The notes under the pieces: generated by a model
What the model was told of the DNA's origin: nothing
Seen by the model: only the letters and a program-made list of their open reading frames with translations
Databases searched by the model: none
DNA from: Azolla caroliniana
Lineage: Eukaryota > Plantae > Polypodiophyta
Direction of reading: 5' to 3'
Assembly (NCBI GenBank): GCA_043228905.1
Contig: JBHGNT010000003.1
Coordinates: forward strand, 12,648,001 to 12,712,000
Length of the DNA stretch: 64,000 bases
Made by a program: the position numbers and the translations under genes
Shown: in pieces, positions 36,731 to 49,600 of the stretch
Layout of the letters: every line of letters begins with the position of its first letter
Numbering within the stretch: the stretch's first letter is position 1

Positions 36731-37749
36731 TCAACGGAGATTGGTAGCGTAAATGCGGAGCAATAATTGAAGCCTGAGCATAGTTTGAGAATTTATTGTT
36801 GGTGGAAAGAAATGGGTGAACCTCAGGATGTTCGTGAAAGTAATGCTAATAGGAAGGATCAAGGTTTTCATTTCCAACAAGGAGTGGATGTGGCAGAATG
36901 ACGTAATTTGAAGAATGTTCTGCATGCTATGGGTCTCCGAAGTTGTGTGAGCATACAAGTGGTTCATTGTCTTCAGGCATACGAGGTGGTTTCAAGAGAA
37001 TGGAGGGAATGTAGAACCAGGTTGGAAGCTTGTTTACTTTGGAGATACAAGACGTTGTGAAGCAATGGTTGAAGCTTCAATTGGACCTACGGTTTTAATA
37101 CATGACGCAACTTTTGATGATAGCATACATGATGGAACGAACGATCATGAATAATCATAGTACAAGAAAAGAAGTACTACAAGTTGCAAAATCTTCTAGA
37201 GTGTATCGAATCATTCTCACACATTTCAGTCAATGTAACCCAAAAATTTCTATTTTCAGTGACAACTATACAAGCCATGCTTGCATTGTATTTGATATGA
37301 TGAGTGTAAACTTGGTGGATTTGCCGTTAGTACCAAGGTTAATACACTTTTCAAATATGAAATGTTATTGGATGATGATATAGAAATGATAGCTTGAAAT
37401 AAAAGCAACCTGGGATTGAAGAGAATAGAAGGATATTAAAACCTGGGTAGCCATACCTCCATGGCTAGTCATTGGGATAGTTCTTTCCCTTCTTTTTCAT
37501 CTCTACAAACTACATATCACTCAATCTTCAATGCAAGTCTTTTTTGAATAGAACTACCACATTTTCTTCTTGTATTGGAATTTAAATTCTTGCTGCAAAA
37601 CATACCTATAATATACTTATTGATCATCAATGGAACAGACAAGTGCATGAACAAAGAAAATAAATTATCCCAATAATTCCATGAACCACCTAGCCTTACT
37701 TGATAGAATAGTTTTGATGTAGGAAACATATTAGAATTACCTTACTTTA

Positions 37750-39469
37750 ATATTTTTCCTTTTTTAAAATAAATGTTGTAACCCTTCATATCCCTTCACA
37801 TGAAGTAACCTCCAATAACTTGTAACACACAAACGTAACGAAGAATCAATTAATCTGAGAATTACCTACTTTGCACTCTCACTCTCACTCTCACTCACTC
37901 TCTCACTCTCTCTCGGTGAAAACACACAATTATATTAATAAGTGTGTGAAAAACACTAGTTACAATGGGTGTCACAATGGAGTATGGTCACCCACTAACT
38001 ACACTACATGGGTAGTGGAACATGTTAAATTGCCAATAGGCAGGACGAACACTCCATTGAGGAAAGAATTTCCACTTTCTCCAATAAAGAAATTTGCCAT
38101 ATTAGTACTCCCTTCAATTTCGTAGATATGCTTTCACTGCATGCCTATCATCAAATACAAAAGTATTGCACATATCCCAATTATGACGCAATCCCAGATA
38201 TCTTGGAAATAGGAAAACAATCTCCATCTCTGATTTTGGGTCAACGTGTGTAAATTGTGGAACAAGCAATCGAATATTGTATAAATCGATGAGTACTATC
38301 TTCCATTTGGACAATGCAAAAGAAACAATTACCCATTGGTAGTCCACGGCGCTTTAGAGCTAGTCCCACTGTTTAGGTGCCAAATAACATTGTGATAAAA
38401 CTTGCCAAATTTGAGAAATATAACTCCAAATTGAACAAGCAATCGAACATTGTATAAATCGATGAGTACTATCTTCCATTTGGACAATGCAAAAGAAACA
38501 ATTACCCATTGCTAGTCCACGACGCTTTAGAGCTAGTCCCAAATGTAATTCTCCAATCAAAACTCTCCAAATGAAGACCTTTGCTACAAGTGATAATCTA
38601 AAATGCCAACTACGTTTTAAGGTCTACCACCACCCATGATCAAATTTGTGTATTTTGCATTCTTCTTCAGCCTTAGATGATAGCCATCCAAGAGACTCAA
38701 CGAACCAATGATACAAAAGACTAGTAGTCACTTGTAGCAACGACGTCTGACCCTGTAAACACCAATCAATCCACGGTTGTTCTCCTATTTGTAGGGGTAA
38801 AGGACCTTGCATCAATGCAATATTTTGTAGTTGTTGCCAGATAAACCCATAATGAAGCGGGATGCATAATAATTGTCGCACTTCAACAAACTCCAAAATT
38901 CTTTGAGATGTAGCCTTAACTATATCTCCCACCTCTTTGACCCCCAAATGAAACAAACGATTAAATTGACAGCACGATCTCTCCTTTCCTGGCCAACATA
39001 ATAACCGAGAAGACACAAGTAACTCTTTTTGCAAAGAATTACAATGCTCTCTACTAGATGATGGTTTCCATGCACATAACAAGAGTTCTTCTTTCCAAGA
39101 GCTAACCAAGTGTTAAACACATGAAGCCTAAGTGAAATACATTCATTCAATAATTGCCACCATGAAGCTTTAATCGTTGTCCTCTCAGGTGTTAAACCCT
39201 TGTTCTTAATGAAATATTGAACAATAGATACACATGGTTGTGAGTTTGAACACACATTGTCTTGTAATAATGAAAATCTATGCGCCATATGCATAGATAA
39301 GTCCAATATTCCAACTCCCCCCTAAGCGCTTATGGGTTGTTAGATGATTCCATGCAACCCATGTGATTCCCATCTTATCCCTCTTCTTCCACAACAAATA
39401 TCGAAGAGGTTGCGAAACAAAATGCAAAGCCTTCTTTGTCCATGGCAACAATCATGGCAAGTAATATAA
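37750..39469 (-). mobile_element. LINE (L1-like) ORF2 3' remnant
   Basis: zf-RVT-like CFFC..EDSTHRFIQCSIACSIW (38360-38560) preceded by KVFIWRVL, with many frameshifts. Internal duplication ~38270-38365 vs ~38448-38540. Left boundary is approximate. Confidence 0.7.
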
Positions 39470-39799
39470 TATCATGGGTTCCATAATACTTGTACAACCT
39501 TCATGTTATGTACACATAACGTAAGTGAGGGTAGATCACTATTATTTATATAAGTGAAGGGTATGTTAGGTAATGTTAAAAATGGGACTAATGTGATTGG
39601 ATAGAAGGAATGATAGGTGCATGCACTATCATGATTTGGACAACCAATGAATGGAGAGCCTTTTAGAAAGGCACATCTACTCAAGGGGCCTAGGAAAAGG
39701 TATAAATATGAGGCTTAACTACTCTCATAAGGAGATTACGTTGGAAGGCTGCTATCTTAGACACCGGTGATGTGGGTTGATGATACGATGTTAATCTAC

Positions 39800-40250
39800 T
39801 TATGCATCGGGTCAAGCGTGTTTGCACTAATCGCACACGCTCAACTCATGGCACTTTTGCTATTTTGTGATTTATCTCCCACTCTCCCTTTTCTTGAGAC
39901 ATCTCTTACGGTAATAATTATTCTTGTGTAGCGGGTGAAGCGTGTTTGCCCTAATCGCACACGCTCACCTCATGGCCCTTTCGCATATGATGTTGAGTAT
40001 GTCACCCTTCCCTTTATTGAGCCATCACTTGACCAATTCTATGGGATGTTGTGGTCTTAACGAGGTGTATGTCGCCTACCTATCCCACTTTACTTTCTAT
40101 TGAGCCATCACTTGGCTGATTCTATGGGATGTTGTGGCCTTGACGAGGTGTATGTCGCTTACCTATGCCACTTTACTCTCTATTGAGTCATTACTTGGCC
40201 GATTCTAGGGATATGTGGTGGTCTTGAGGAGGTGCATGTCGACTGCCCTA
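39800..40250. repeat. Tandem repeats within the LTR
   Basis: Two copies of aagcgtgtttgc.ctaatcgcacacgctca (~39815 and ~39938). Three ~83-bp units begin tattgag.cat.acttg (~40015, ~40098, ~40181). Confidence 0.8.
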
Positions 40251-42194
40251 GGGTTTCTTACCTTAAGGCATGCTTAATGTTCCAACACCTAATTGATTAT
40301 TATTCTAATTAATTTCTAATTACACAAATTGTTGTTTCACTTTTCAAATTGTATGATTTTCTCACAATTGTCATTTACCCACCCACAATTAACTCTCTTT
40401 CCCCCCTTCCTTTTAATGTTTAAAGTATTTACGTGCGTTTACCTATGATGTAACACTTCCGTGCAGACTATTTTTTTGTATTGAGTGGGCATCATGCCGT
40501 TTTTTAAACGGTTTTTCCCAACGTGTCATCTAGGTTTAACTCATATTATTAAGCCTTAGAACTCAAGTGAAACCACATGAGTTTCCCTATTGATGTTTTA
40601 CTCATAAATTTGAGTACAATACCACCACCATTTGTATCAACTTGTGGCTTATATCACAATTGAGCAAATTATAACCATCATAGTGAAATGTATATGTGCA
40701 TACCTCGCACAATCCATTTATTTGTGACATTGTTTCTTTTTTAGTAGGTAGTACATGGGTTTTTTTTTAGCCTTGTTTTCGTCACTGTTTAACTCTTATA
40801 GGTAGTGCCTTATTTTATCGTTTTTATCATAACATTTGCTTGTTACTCGCAAGACTAGAATATTACTTGCGAGTGCACTTGTTTTTTCACGTAGTACACT
40901 TTCTCGACCATATCAATACATGTTGGGTTGGCATTCTAATATAAGGCTAACTAGGAAAATACATTGATGTTGAACCATGATTATTCAAGTTAGAGATCTG
41001 AGAAAGACATCTTAGCTATGTTTCCCCCCATGGTTTGTAAAACATGATAGTGTTACCATAGTTATTGGATATTGAATCACATCTCATATGTCTAGAGGGG
41101 TAAAGACGTGAGATGCTTTCTTGGTGAAGTTCTTCCAATCAAAATTTCTAGCATTCATTTTGCTTATGTATTTTCTGAACCTCCTTATTTATATTGCATA
41201 CCCATAGCTTGCATCATGGAACAAGTTTTGAACGTTGTTGGAGCGATCTCTCCGACCGAGACCACTCAACTCCAATCTGCATCTCACACACAAGCTGAGG
41301 TCTCTATTGAGCAATTGCTCACTACTACCTTGAATGAATTGGCCGAAATGAGGCAAGCCACTATGGCATTGGAAAAGAAATTCCAAGAATTGACTATTGA
41401 GTCCAAGAAAGAAGGTGAACCTTCTTTCGCAGTCACGTCATTCAAAGGAGATACGAAAGAAAGAACCTTGGAGGCCATTAGCACTTGACTTGGTCGTTGG
41501 GAGACTCACTTTGAGCTCCACCCCAAACCCGATGCTATCAAAATTGGTTATGTCGGTCGCGAGTTAGGTGGCCGAGCTGCTTGGTGGCGCGGCCTAAGGA
41601 CTACGAAGAACTTACCCACAACTTGGGAATGTTTCGTTGATGTTTTTAAGAAATAGTTCTTGCAACCACCTTCTCAAACCGAACAAATGCAACACTTGTT
41701 CACGTTGTTGAGTAAGCCATTTACCTCTCTCGAGGATTATGTGCATCATACTCAAACCTAGATCTGAAAATCGGGACTTCCGGGTGAGAAATGGTTTGTC
41801 ACTTGCTTTTTTAATGGTATTCCCAATGGGGATTACCATTGGATTGTCCATGACAAGGACCCCACAACTTTCGAGGAAGCCCTCAACATTGTCCTTCGGT
41901 ACCATAGGACTTCCAAGAAAGAACACAATAAACTTGAGTTCGCCAAAACTCCGAATGTGAAGTTCATTGGGAAACGTAACCCATCCAGTGACACTCTTGA
42001 CCATGACTCCAAGAAACTGAACCTCTTCTATGCATATTGCAAGAAGCGGGGCCACACAAAGGATACTTGTCGTCGTCTTGAGAGTGTTAATAATAGTACT
42101 AAAACAGAGAGAGAATCAATACTAGAGAAGGGAAGTACTATTAGTACTAAGAGGACTGACTGCATAAGACTCACGAGAGAGGAAGAGAGAAAAG

Positions 42195-42225
<31 letters not shown>

Positions 42226-42473
42226 TGAGGGTGAGAGACAGAGAGGATGATGATAACAAATGATATATTATGTGAAGAGTAAATACAAAATAGCTATGAG
42301 GCTTAAGATTAGCGTTGAACCAATTTGGTTCGAAATAATGCCACGTGCCTCCTTTTATAGTGTCCTCAGGAGTAGTCCTGAAGTTTCTAGAATGTTCCAG
42401 AGAAATCTAGAATATACATTAATTTTCTATTGTAAAACTTACATGAAAATAATACCCTATGTATTACAATTGA

Positions 42474-42528
42474 TAGTGTAATGGTCAAGAGCTCGACCCA
42501 TATAACATAAGGTCATGGGTTCGAGTTT
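42474..42528 (+). promoter_or_regulatory. Pol III-type A box/B box pair in the 3' LTR, antisense to the element
   Basis: TAGTGTAATGG at 42474-42484 and GGTTCGAGTTT at 42518-42528, spacing 44 nt. Confidence 0.6.
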
Positions 42529-45500
42529 TGCTATATCATGACACTATCCCCCCTTAAAACGATGAGTGTTACAAGTCAGCGTTGATTGGGGACCAAGTTT
42601 GTCTAGATACTGTCGGTGGAAATCAACAAGAAGATCCTGAGCATTGGCGACATGCTCGACAGGTTCCCAAGTACGTTCGCTCGAACTATAGCCTAGCCAA
42701 TCGACCAAATAATAAAGTTTTTTGCGAACAAACTTGGAGTTGAGGATGGCAGCAATTTCATACTCCGGGCCGGCATCCAACTCAAGCGGGGGTGACGGTG
42801 GTGTAACACGATCGGGAATAGTGTTGGCTTGATAAGGTTCGAGAAGAGAACTATGGAAGACCAGATGTATTTGAAGCGGCGGAGGAAGATCAAGGCGGAA
42901 AGTGACATCATTAATCTTGCCGGTAATACAGAAAGGACCGAGTTGTCGATAATCCAATTTGTCGCATGGTTGAGTAGTCTTCATGTGAAGACGTAAAAGC
43001 CCCATACTCAATCTCCGATGGAAAAAGAGGAGGGAATCCGATGACGATCTGCATAAGTCTTCTGTGTGTGTTGAGCATGACGAAGATGAGTAGATAGATC
43101 TGTCTGAATCTTGTGTAGCCTCTCCAAATGATCCTCGGCACGAGGATTGGTAGGTAGCTTCGGAGTGTCGATCACAGACCAATGAGGATGAGAACCGGTG
43201 TAAGCGTAAAATGGGGAGACTTGAGTGGAGGAGTGAATAGCGTTATTATAAGCAAACTCAGCAAAGTGGAGAATATCAGCCCAATCGTCTTGTTGATAAC
43301 TCAGAAAACACCGAAGATATTGTTCCAGCGTTTGGTTTGTTCGTTCCGTTTGCCCATCAGTTTCGGGATGATAGCCAGAGGAGAGGTTGCAAGAGACCTT
43401 GAGCATCTTGAAGAGATGCTTCCAAAATTTGGAGACGAAATGAGGTCCTCGGTCACTGATGATACTGTCTGGGAGGCCATGATGCCAAAAAACCTCATGC
43501 ATGACAAGGGCGGCAGTTTCCTCACTTGTGATGGCTTTAGTACGAGGCACAAAATGTGCCATCTTAGTATATCGGTCAACGACAGTTAAGATAGCATCGA
43601 AGCCTTTCCAATCTGGAAGATCTATGATAAAATCAAGACAAATGGATTGCCACGGCTTACTTGGAATTGGTATGAATTCCAACAAGCCATATGGATGATG
43701 TCATGGTATCGTTGCTCGGCAACAAGCATCATAGGTCCAAACGTAGTAGTCGACAAAACATCGCATATGGGGCCACCAAAAAGATCGTCGGACTAGATCC
43801 AACGTCTTAGTACTACCGAAATGTCCACCTGTATGGGTTTCGTGACAATTTTGGACGATTTGAAGGCGACAGGAGCAATCGGGAACATACACAAGATTTT
43901 TAAAGAATAATAAACCATCATGATATTCGAATTGTCGGTAGTCCATACCTGGTTGTTGAGACTGGGAACAAGATGCCTGAGAAGCATCAATTTGCGCTAG
44001 AATGGCTTGAGCAAAACTGTCCGTCTTCAAATTGGCACGTATGGCATCGATAATCCAAGAATCCAGTGGAGTGTGAAAAATCCGCGTTGTGTGCAAACGT
44101 GTTGGTCCCAAGATTACCTGCTTTTGATTATCAAATGCTGGATCACCAGGGCGAGGTGTAAGATATGAGCATCGCGATAGTTTATCTGCTTTTCCTTGTT
44201 GCTTCCCCGACCAATATGTGATTTTGAAGTCAAAACACGTGAGAAATTGGGCCCACCGAGCTTGCCGCCGATTTAGCACGTGAGAGTTTTGGAAATAAGC
44301 AAGATTTTTGTGATCACTAAAGACGATGACCTGATGAGGAGAGCCCTCTAAGAAGTGTTGTCATTGCACAAACGAATCCACAATGGCTAATAACTCATTG
44401 TCATGTATCTTGTAGTTAATTTCCGCGGCATCAAATTTGCGCGAGTGGAAAGCCACAGGATGTAACTCTTCTTTATCTCCTTGTTATCAAAGGATGCTAC
44501 CGAGGGCGAAATCCGATGCGTCGGCCTCCATGATGAATGGTTTGTTTGTATCCACATGAGCTAGAATAGGAGCTGATGTAAAGGCTTTCTTAAGATGCAT
44601 AAAATCCATGTCCGCTTCATTGGACCAAAGAAATGATTGTCCCTTCCTGGTAAGTTGTGTGAGAGGCAAAATAATCTTCGAGTAATCTTGTATAAACTTG
44701 TGGTAGAAGTTAGCGAAGCGTAGGAAACATTGCACATCGCGTAACGAACGTGGAGTTTGCCACTCTAGCACAATTTTGACTTTAGTTGGATCCATGGAGA
44801 TGCCTTTTGAGGAGATGACATAGCCTAGAAATTCCATTTGCTTGCAGTCAAAGCTACATTTTTCTAGTTTGGCATAAAGACCATGCTCTCGGAGTCGTTT
44901 TAGTACTAATAGTACATGAGAATCACGCTATTCTTGGGTCTTCGAATAAATCAATAGATCATCTAGATAGATGATCAAACAGATATCCAAGATGTCTTTG
45001 AATATAGCATTTTCCATGTGCTCGAAGACTGTGGGTGCATTGGTTAGACCGAACGCCATAACGGTATACTCGAAGTGCCCACTTCCATTCGTCTCCCGGT
45101 CGGATCCGCACGAGGTTATATGCTCCTCGTAAGTTGAATTTTGTAAAAAACTTGGCACCATTTACATGTTCTAAAAGACTTGATATAAGGGGAAGTGCAT
45201 ACCTATTCTTGATGGTGACCTTATTCAAGCTGTGGTAATCAACGACAAGACGAAGGGATCCATCTTTCTTCTTGACAAAGAAAATGGGTGCACTGGCCGG
45301 AGATTTCAAATGACGAGTAAACCCTCTTGCCAAATTCTCCTCTATGTAGGCTCGAAGGACTTCCATGAAACAGGATTTGGCTCTAGAATCTAAAAGTGCT
45401 AAGACATGTACTAGAGGGGTACTTTTACTACTAACCATGACTTGGGCTAAGAACACATTGCTAATTTGCTTAGAGGGAATGGAACCTATAATGGGTTGCA

Positions 45501-46620
45501 CAGATCTAGGGTTGTCCAACCAAACGACTCCTATTTTGGCTGGACTTAGTTGTTTAACTCTTCCTTTAATTGACTAACAATTTCAAATTTGTTTGAGATA
45601 CTTGGGCTATCAGTACTATTAATATTATCAGACACTCCTAAGGGAATTGACTCGGGTTTAGTATAGGCTACAATTTGATTTACCTGTCTTCTTGGCCTAT
45701 GGGGACAATTGATTGTGATATGCCCTAGTCCACCGCAATAAAGACATAATCGATTTGCACGTCGTTGTTGCTTTTCTTCTTCTAATAACAGGCCACGTCG
45801 ATGCATGGTGTCAATTTCCATCGGTGTCGAAGTATTTGCCTGAGATACATCTCGTGCAAACAGTTTAGCTGTGATTGAGGCATATGTGGGCTCTGACCTA
45901 GTCCGTGGTATTTGTAATTGTCGTTCTGAACGTCGTTCAAAAAGGTGGTTGTCACATCGAACCGCTCGACTGATTGCTTCTGTTAGAGATTTTGGTTCTT
46001 CGGGGAAGGTTAAAAGTAAATCTTTGACATCGTTTTGCAGGCCGTAGGGAAATTGCTCCATTAGTGCTCGATGATCCCAGGGGATATCTGAGGCGAGTAG
46101 ACGGAGAATCCGCCGTGTAGGCAGAGGCTGGACAATCGCTTTGATGCAATCGTTGGATCTTGTTGATCGTCGTTCTGATGCTGTTGGTATCTCTAAAGTA
46201 GGCTTTAAACTCGCTAATAAAGTCTTCAAAGTTATTAAGCAAGGGAGATTGTTTTTCTGAAAGCTGAGCGAACCATGCCAAGGCTGAGCCGCTGAGCAAC
46301 GTGCTTATTAAGCCTACTCGGGATGCATCAGTGGGGTATCGGGAAGGATACATCTGAATGACTAAACGTACTTGATTAAGGAATCCTCTGAATTGTGATC
46401 GTGTTCCGTCGAATTTCACAAGAAGTCCAATCTTGGCTCTTTATGAGGTCCTTGGGGACTTGATCCCTGTTGTTGCAACGCTACGATGGTTGCTTTGAGT
46501 TATTGCACACTTAACATTAACTCCCCATGTTGCTGTTGCAACTCCCCATGTTGTTGGTGCGTTTTTTGTTTTTCTAAAGCAATTTGTTGAAGATTCCCTA
46601 ACAATCGTTGGTTTTCTTAT

Positions 46621-49600
46621 TGTTGGGATTTCGGTCCCTCCGGATGGGATGTCTGGAGATGAATGACGGCAAGCCCGGAGGCCGTTACGGAACCAGGTGA
46701 TGAAGAGTACCCGGCATGAAGCCGGATGAAGAGTACCCGGCTACGGATCCGGATGATGAAGACCCCGGTTACGGAGCCGGATGCTGAATACCCCGATTAC
46801 GGAGCCGAATGCTGAATACCCCGGTTACGGAGCCGGATGACGAATGTACCCGGAGAGAGAGATCCGGATGCGGGGACATATTTGTGAATATGTTTTGCCA
46901 AGAGCCCTTGAGGCTATATTTGTAAATAGCCCGAAAGTCATATGTGTATAAATATGACTTAGGGCAAACAGTTTTATGTCGTTGTTGCTCATTTTTTATG
47001 CGAAGAGAGAGAGCAGCCGAGAGAGAAAGAGAGAGAGAAAGGAAGAGGTCGATGCCTCTGTGTATTGCCGCCGCCTGTGGCGAAGACAGTGAGCTCAAGG
47101 TTGCTGCCTTGTAGCTTCACCATTGTACATCTCTGTTTATAGTGATAGTTGGAGTTTGAGGACTCCCGTGGTTTTTCCCATTTAGGGTTTTCCACGTAAA
47201 ACATCCTGTGTACCTTTCTCTCTGTTGTCTTCGTGCAGTTTGTATTTCCTGTTTTTCTGGGAGTTGATCCTATTCCTCGGTTGTGGCCGAGCATTGTTTT
47301 CAACAAATTGGTATCAGAGCGACGGTAACCCAGAAAATGGAAGGCGGCAGCAACGGGCAGCCGGGGATGATGGTGCTGAATGCGCAGAACTACGCCGACT
47401 GGAAAATAAAGATGGAGGATCTCCTCATTGTTCGGGACCTGTATGAACCGATCGACAGGTCGGAAATACCCAAGGGGGTACTTGAGACGGAATGGAGGCT
47501 TCTGAACCGGAAAGCCGTTGCAACCATTCGGCAATACGTCGACGTGAGCGTTCTACAACATGTGGCGAACGACACCAATGCATATGAGATGTGGCGGAAG
47601 CTGTCGGGCCTCTACGAGAGGAAGAATGCGTTGAACCGGACCTCCCTGATGAGGAAGATAGTGAACCTCAAGTACCGGGACGGCGAGAGTATGGTGGAAC
47701 ACGTAAGCACGTTCATGGGATTCGTGAACCAGCTTGCGGCGATCAAGTTCCCGTTGGAGGATGCAATGCAAGCCATCATTCTGATGTGTACATTGCTGGA
47801 AAGCTGGGAGAACTTGGTGGTGACTCTCAGCACCTCCTGCACCGAAGATAACTTGTCTCTACAAACGGTAAAGACAAGCATTTTGAACGAAGAAGCGCGT
47901 CGGAGAGATAAAGAACCGGCCTCCGACTCGAAGGCGCTGCTTACCGAATCGGAATGGGGAAGACATCGGAACCGGAGTCCGCAAAGACGGGAGAAGTCGG
48001 GGACCCGGTCGCAGTCAAGAGGAAGGCCCACATGCTTCCACTGTGGGAAGACGGGGCACTTCCGGAAGAATTGTCGGCATTACCGAAAAGACAACGGAGC
48101 CGACGACACCGATTCGAAGAAGTCACTGGAGAGAAACGGTGCATACCGGGGAGCCACGGACCGGAGAGGTCCGGATCGGCGAGGGCAGGACCGGAAAGGA
48201 ACGACGGCACTCGCGGCAAGTGAAGAAGAGATAATGCTCATTACCGAAGAGAGGGAGCTGAACCTTGCCGGTGTAGAGATGACCTGGGTGGTCGATTCCG
48301 GAGCGTCGTTCCACCTGACCCCGGAGAAGAAATACTTCTCATCCTACACAGCCGGTGAGCATGGCTGTGTCCGGATGGGAAATGAAGGTACATGTCGGAT
48401 TGCCGGCATAGGAGACGTGTGGCTGATGACATCAACCGGATGCAAGATGCTGCTGAAGGATGTTCGACACGTTCCGGAGGTCCGATTGAACCTGATCTCG
48501 GCCGGGAGGCTAGACGATGAAGGCTACACGGGCAGCATCCGGAACGGTGTCATGAAGTTCAGCAAAGGGAGCCTGATAGTGGCTCGGGCCCGGAAGGTCA
48601 ACACACTGTACCTGATGAATGCCCGGTTATGTCCGGAAGAGCTGAATGTGGCAGCCGACACTGCCGGTGAGCTGTGGCACAAAAGACTATGCCACATGAG
48701 TGAGAAGGGGATGAAGAGGCTTGCAGAAGACAACCTTATTCCAGTGAAGCATGTGCACCTGGAGAAGTGCACCGACTGCCTGGCCGGTAAGCAAAACCGG
48801 ACCTCCTTCCACTCAAGGCCACCGACGAGACGTAGCGCACCATTGGAGCTGGTGCACACTGACGTGTGTCAAGTAGAAACGAAGTCACATGGCGGAGCCC
48901 AATACTTCGTGACATTCATTGATGACCACAGCCGGAAGCTGTGGACGGCACCGTTGAAGACAAAGGACCAAGTGTTGTGCGTCTTCAAAGAACTCCACGC
49001 GAGAGTGGAAAGGGAATCCGGCAAGAAGCTGAAAGCGATATGAGCGGATAACGGAGGGGAATACCGGGGGCAGTTCCAGGAGTACTGTCGCTCGAAGGGA
49101 ATCCGGCTCGAGTTTACTGTGCCGAAGACGCCGGAACTGAACGGGCTGGCCGAGAGGATGAACCGGACCATAATGGAGAGGGTCCGGAGTATGCTAGCAC
49201 ATGCGAAATTACCCAAGGGATTTTGGGCTGAGGCAATGTCGACGGCGACGTATGTGATAAATAGATCACCCTCAGTACCTTTGGACGGAGACACGCCGCA
49301 GAAAGTGTGGACCGGTAAGGAAGTGTCCTACCGGCATCTGAAGGTGTTCGGGTGTCTCGCATACGTGCATGTGGCAAAGGACCGGAGAGGAAAGTTAGAT
49401 CCAAAGACCCGGCCATGCATATTCCTCGGTTACGGCGACGACGAGTTCGGCTACCGAGTATGGGACCCGGTCGACAAGAAGATATTCAGGAGTCGAGATA
49501 TCATCTTCATGGAGGACAAGACACTCGCCGACTGGGAGTCGGAGAAGAAGATGAAGAGCTCCAAGTCGACCGGTGAGGATCAACTCTACGAGGAGCAGTC

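Noticed and set aside
45546-45580. Possible -1 frameshift site between gag and pol (GTTAAAC)
   Set aside because: Not a canonical slippery heptamer, and the copy is too decayed to judge.
46680-46845. Regularly spaced repeats resembling a CRISPR array (also at 40015-40250)
   Set aside because: Head-to-tail LTR tandem repeats without unique spacers, in a eukaryotic context with no cas genes.
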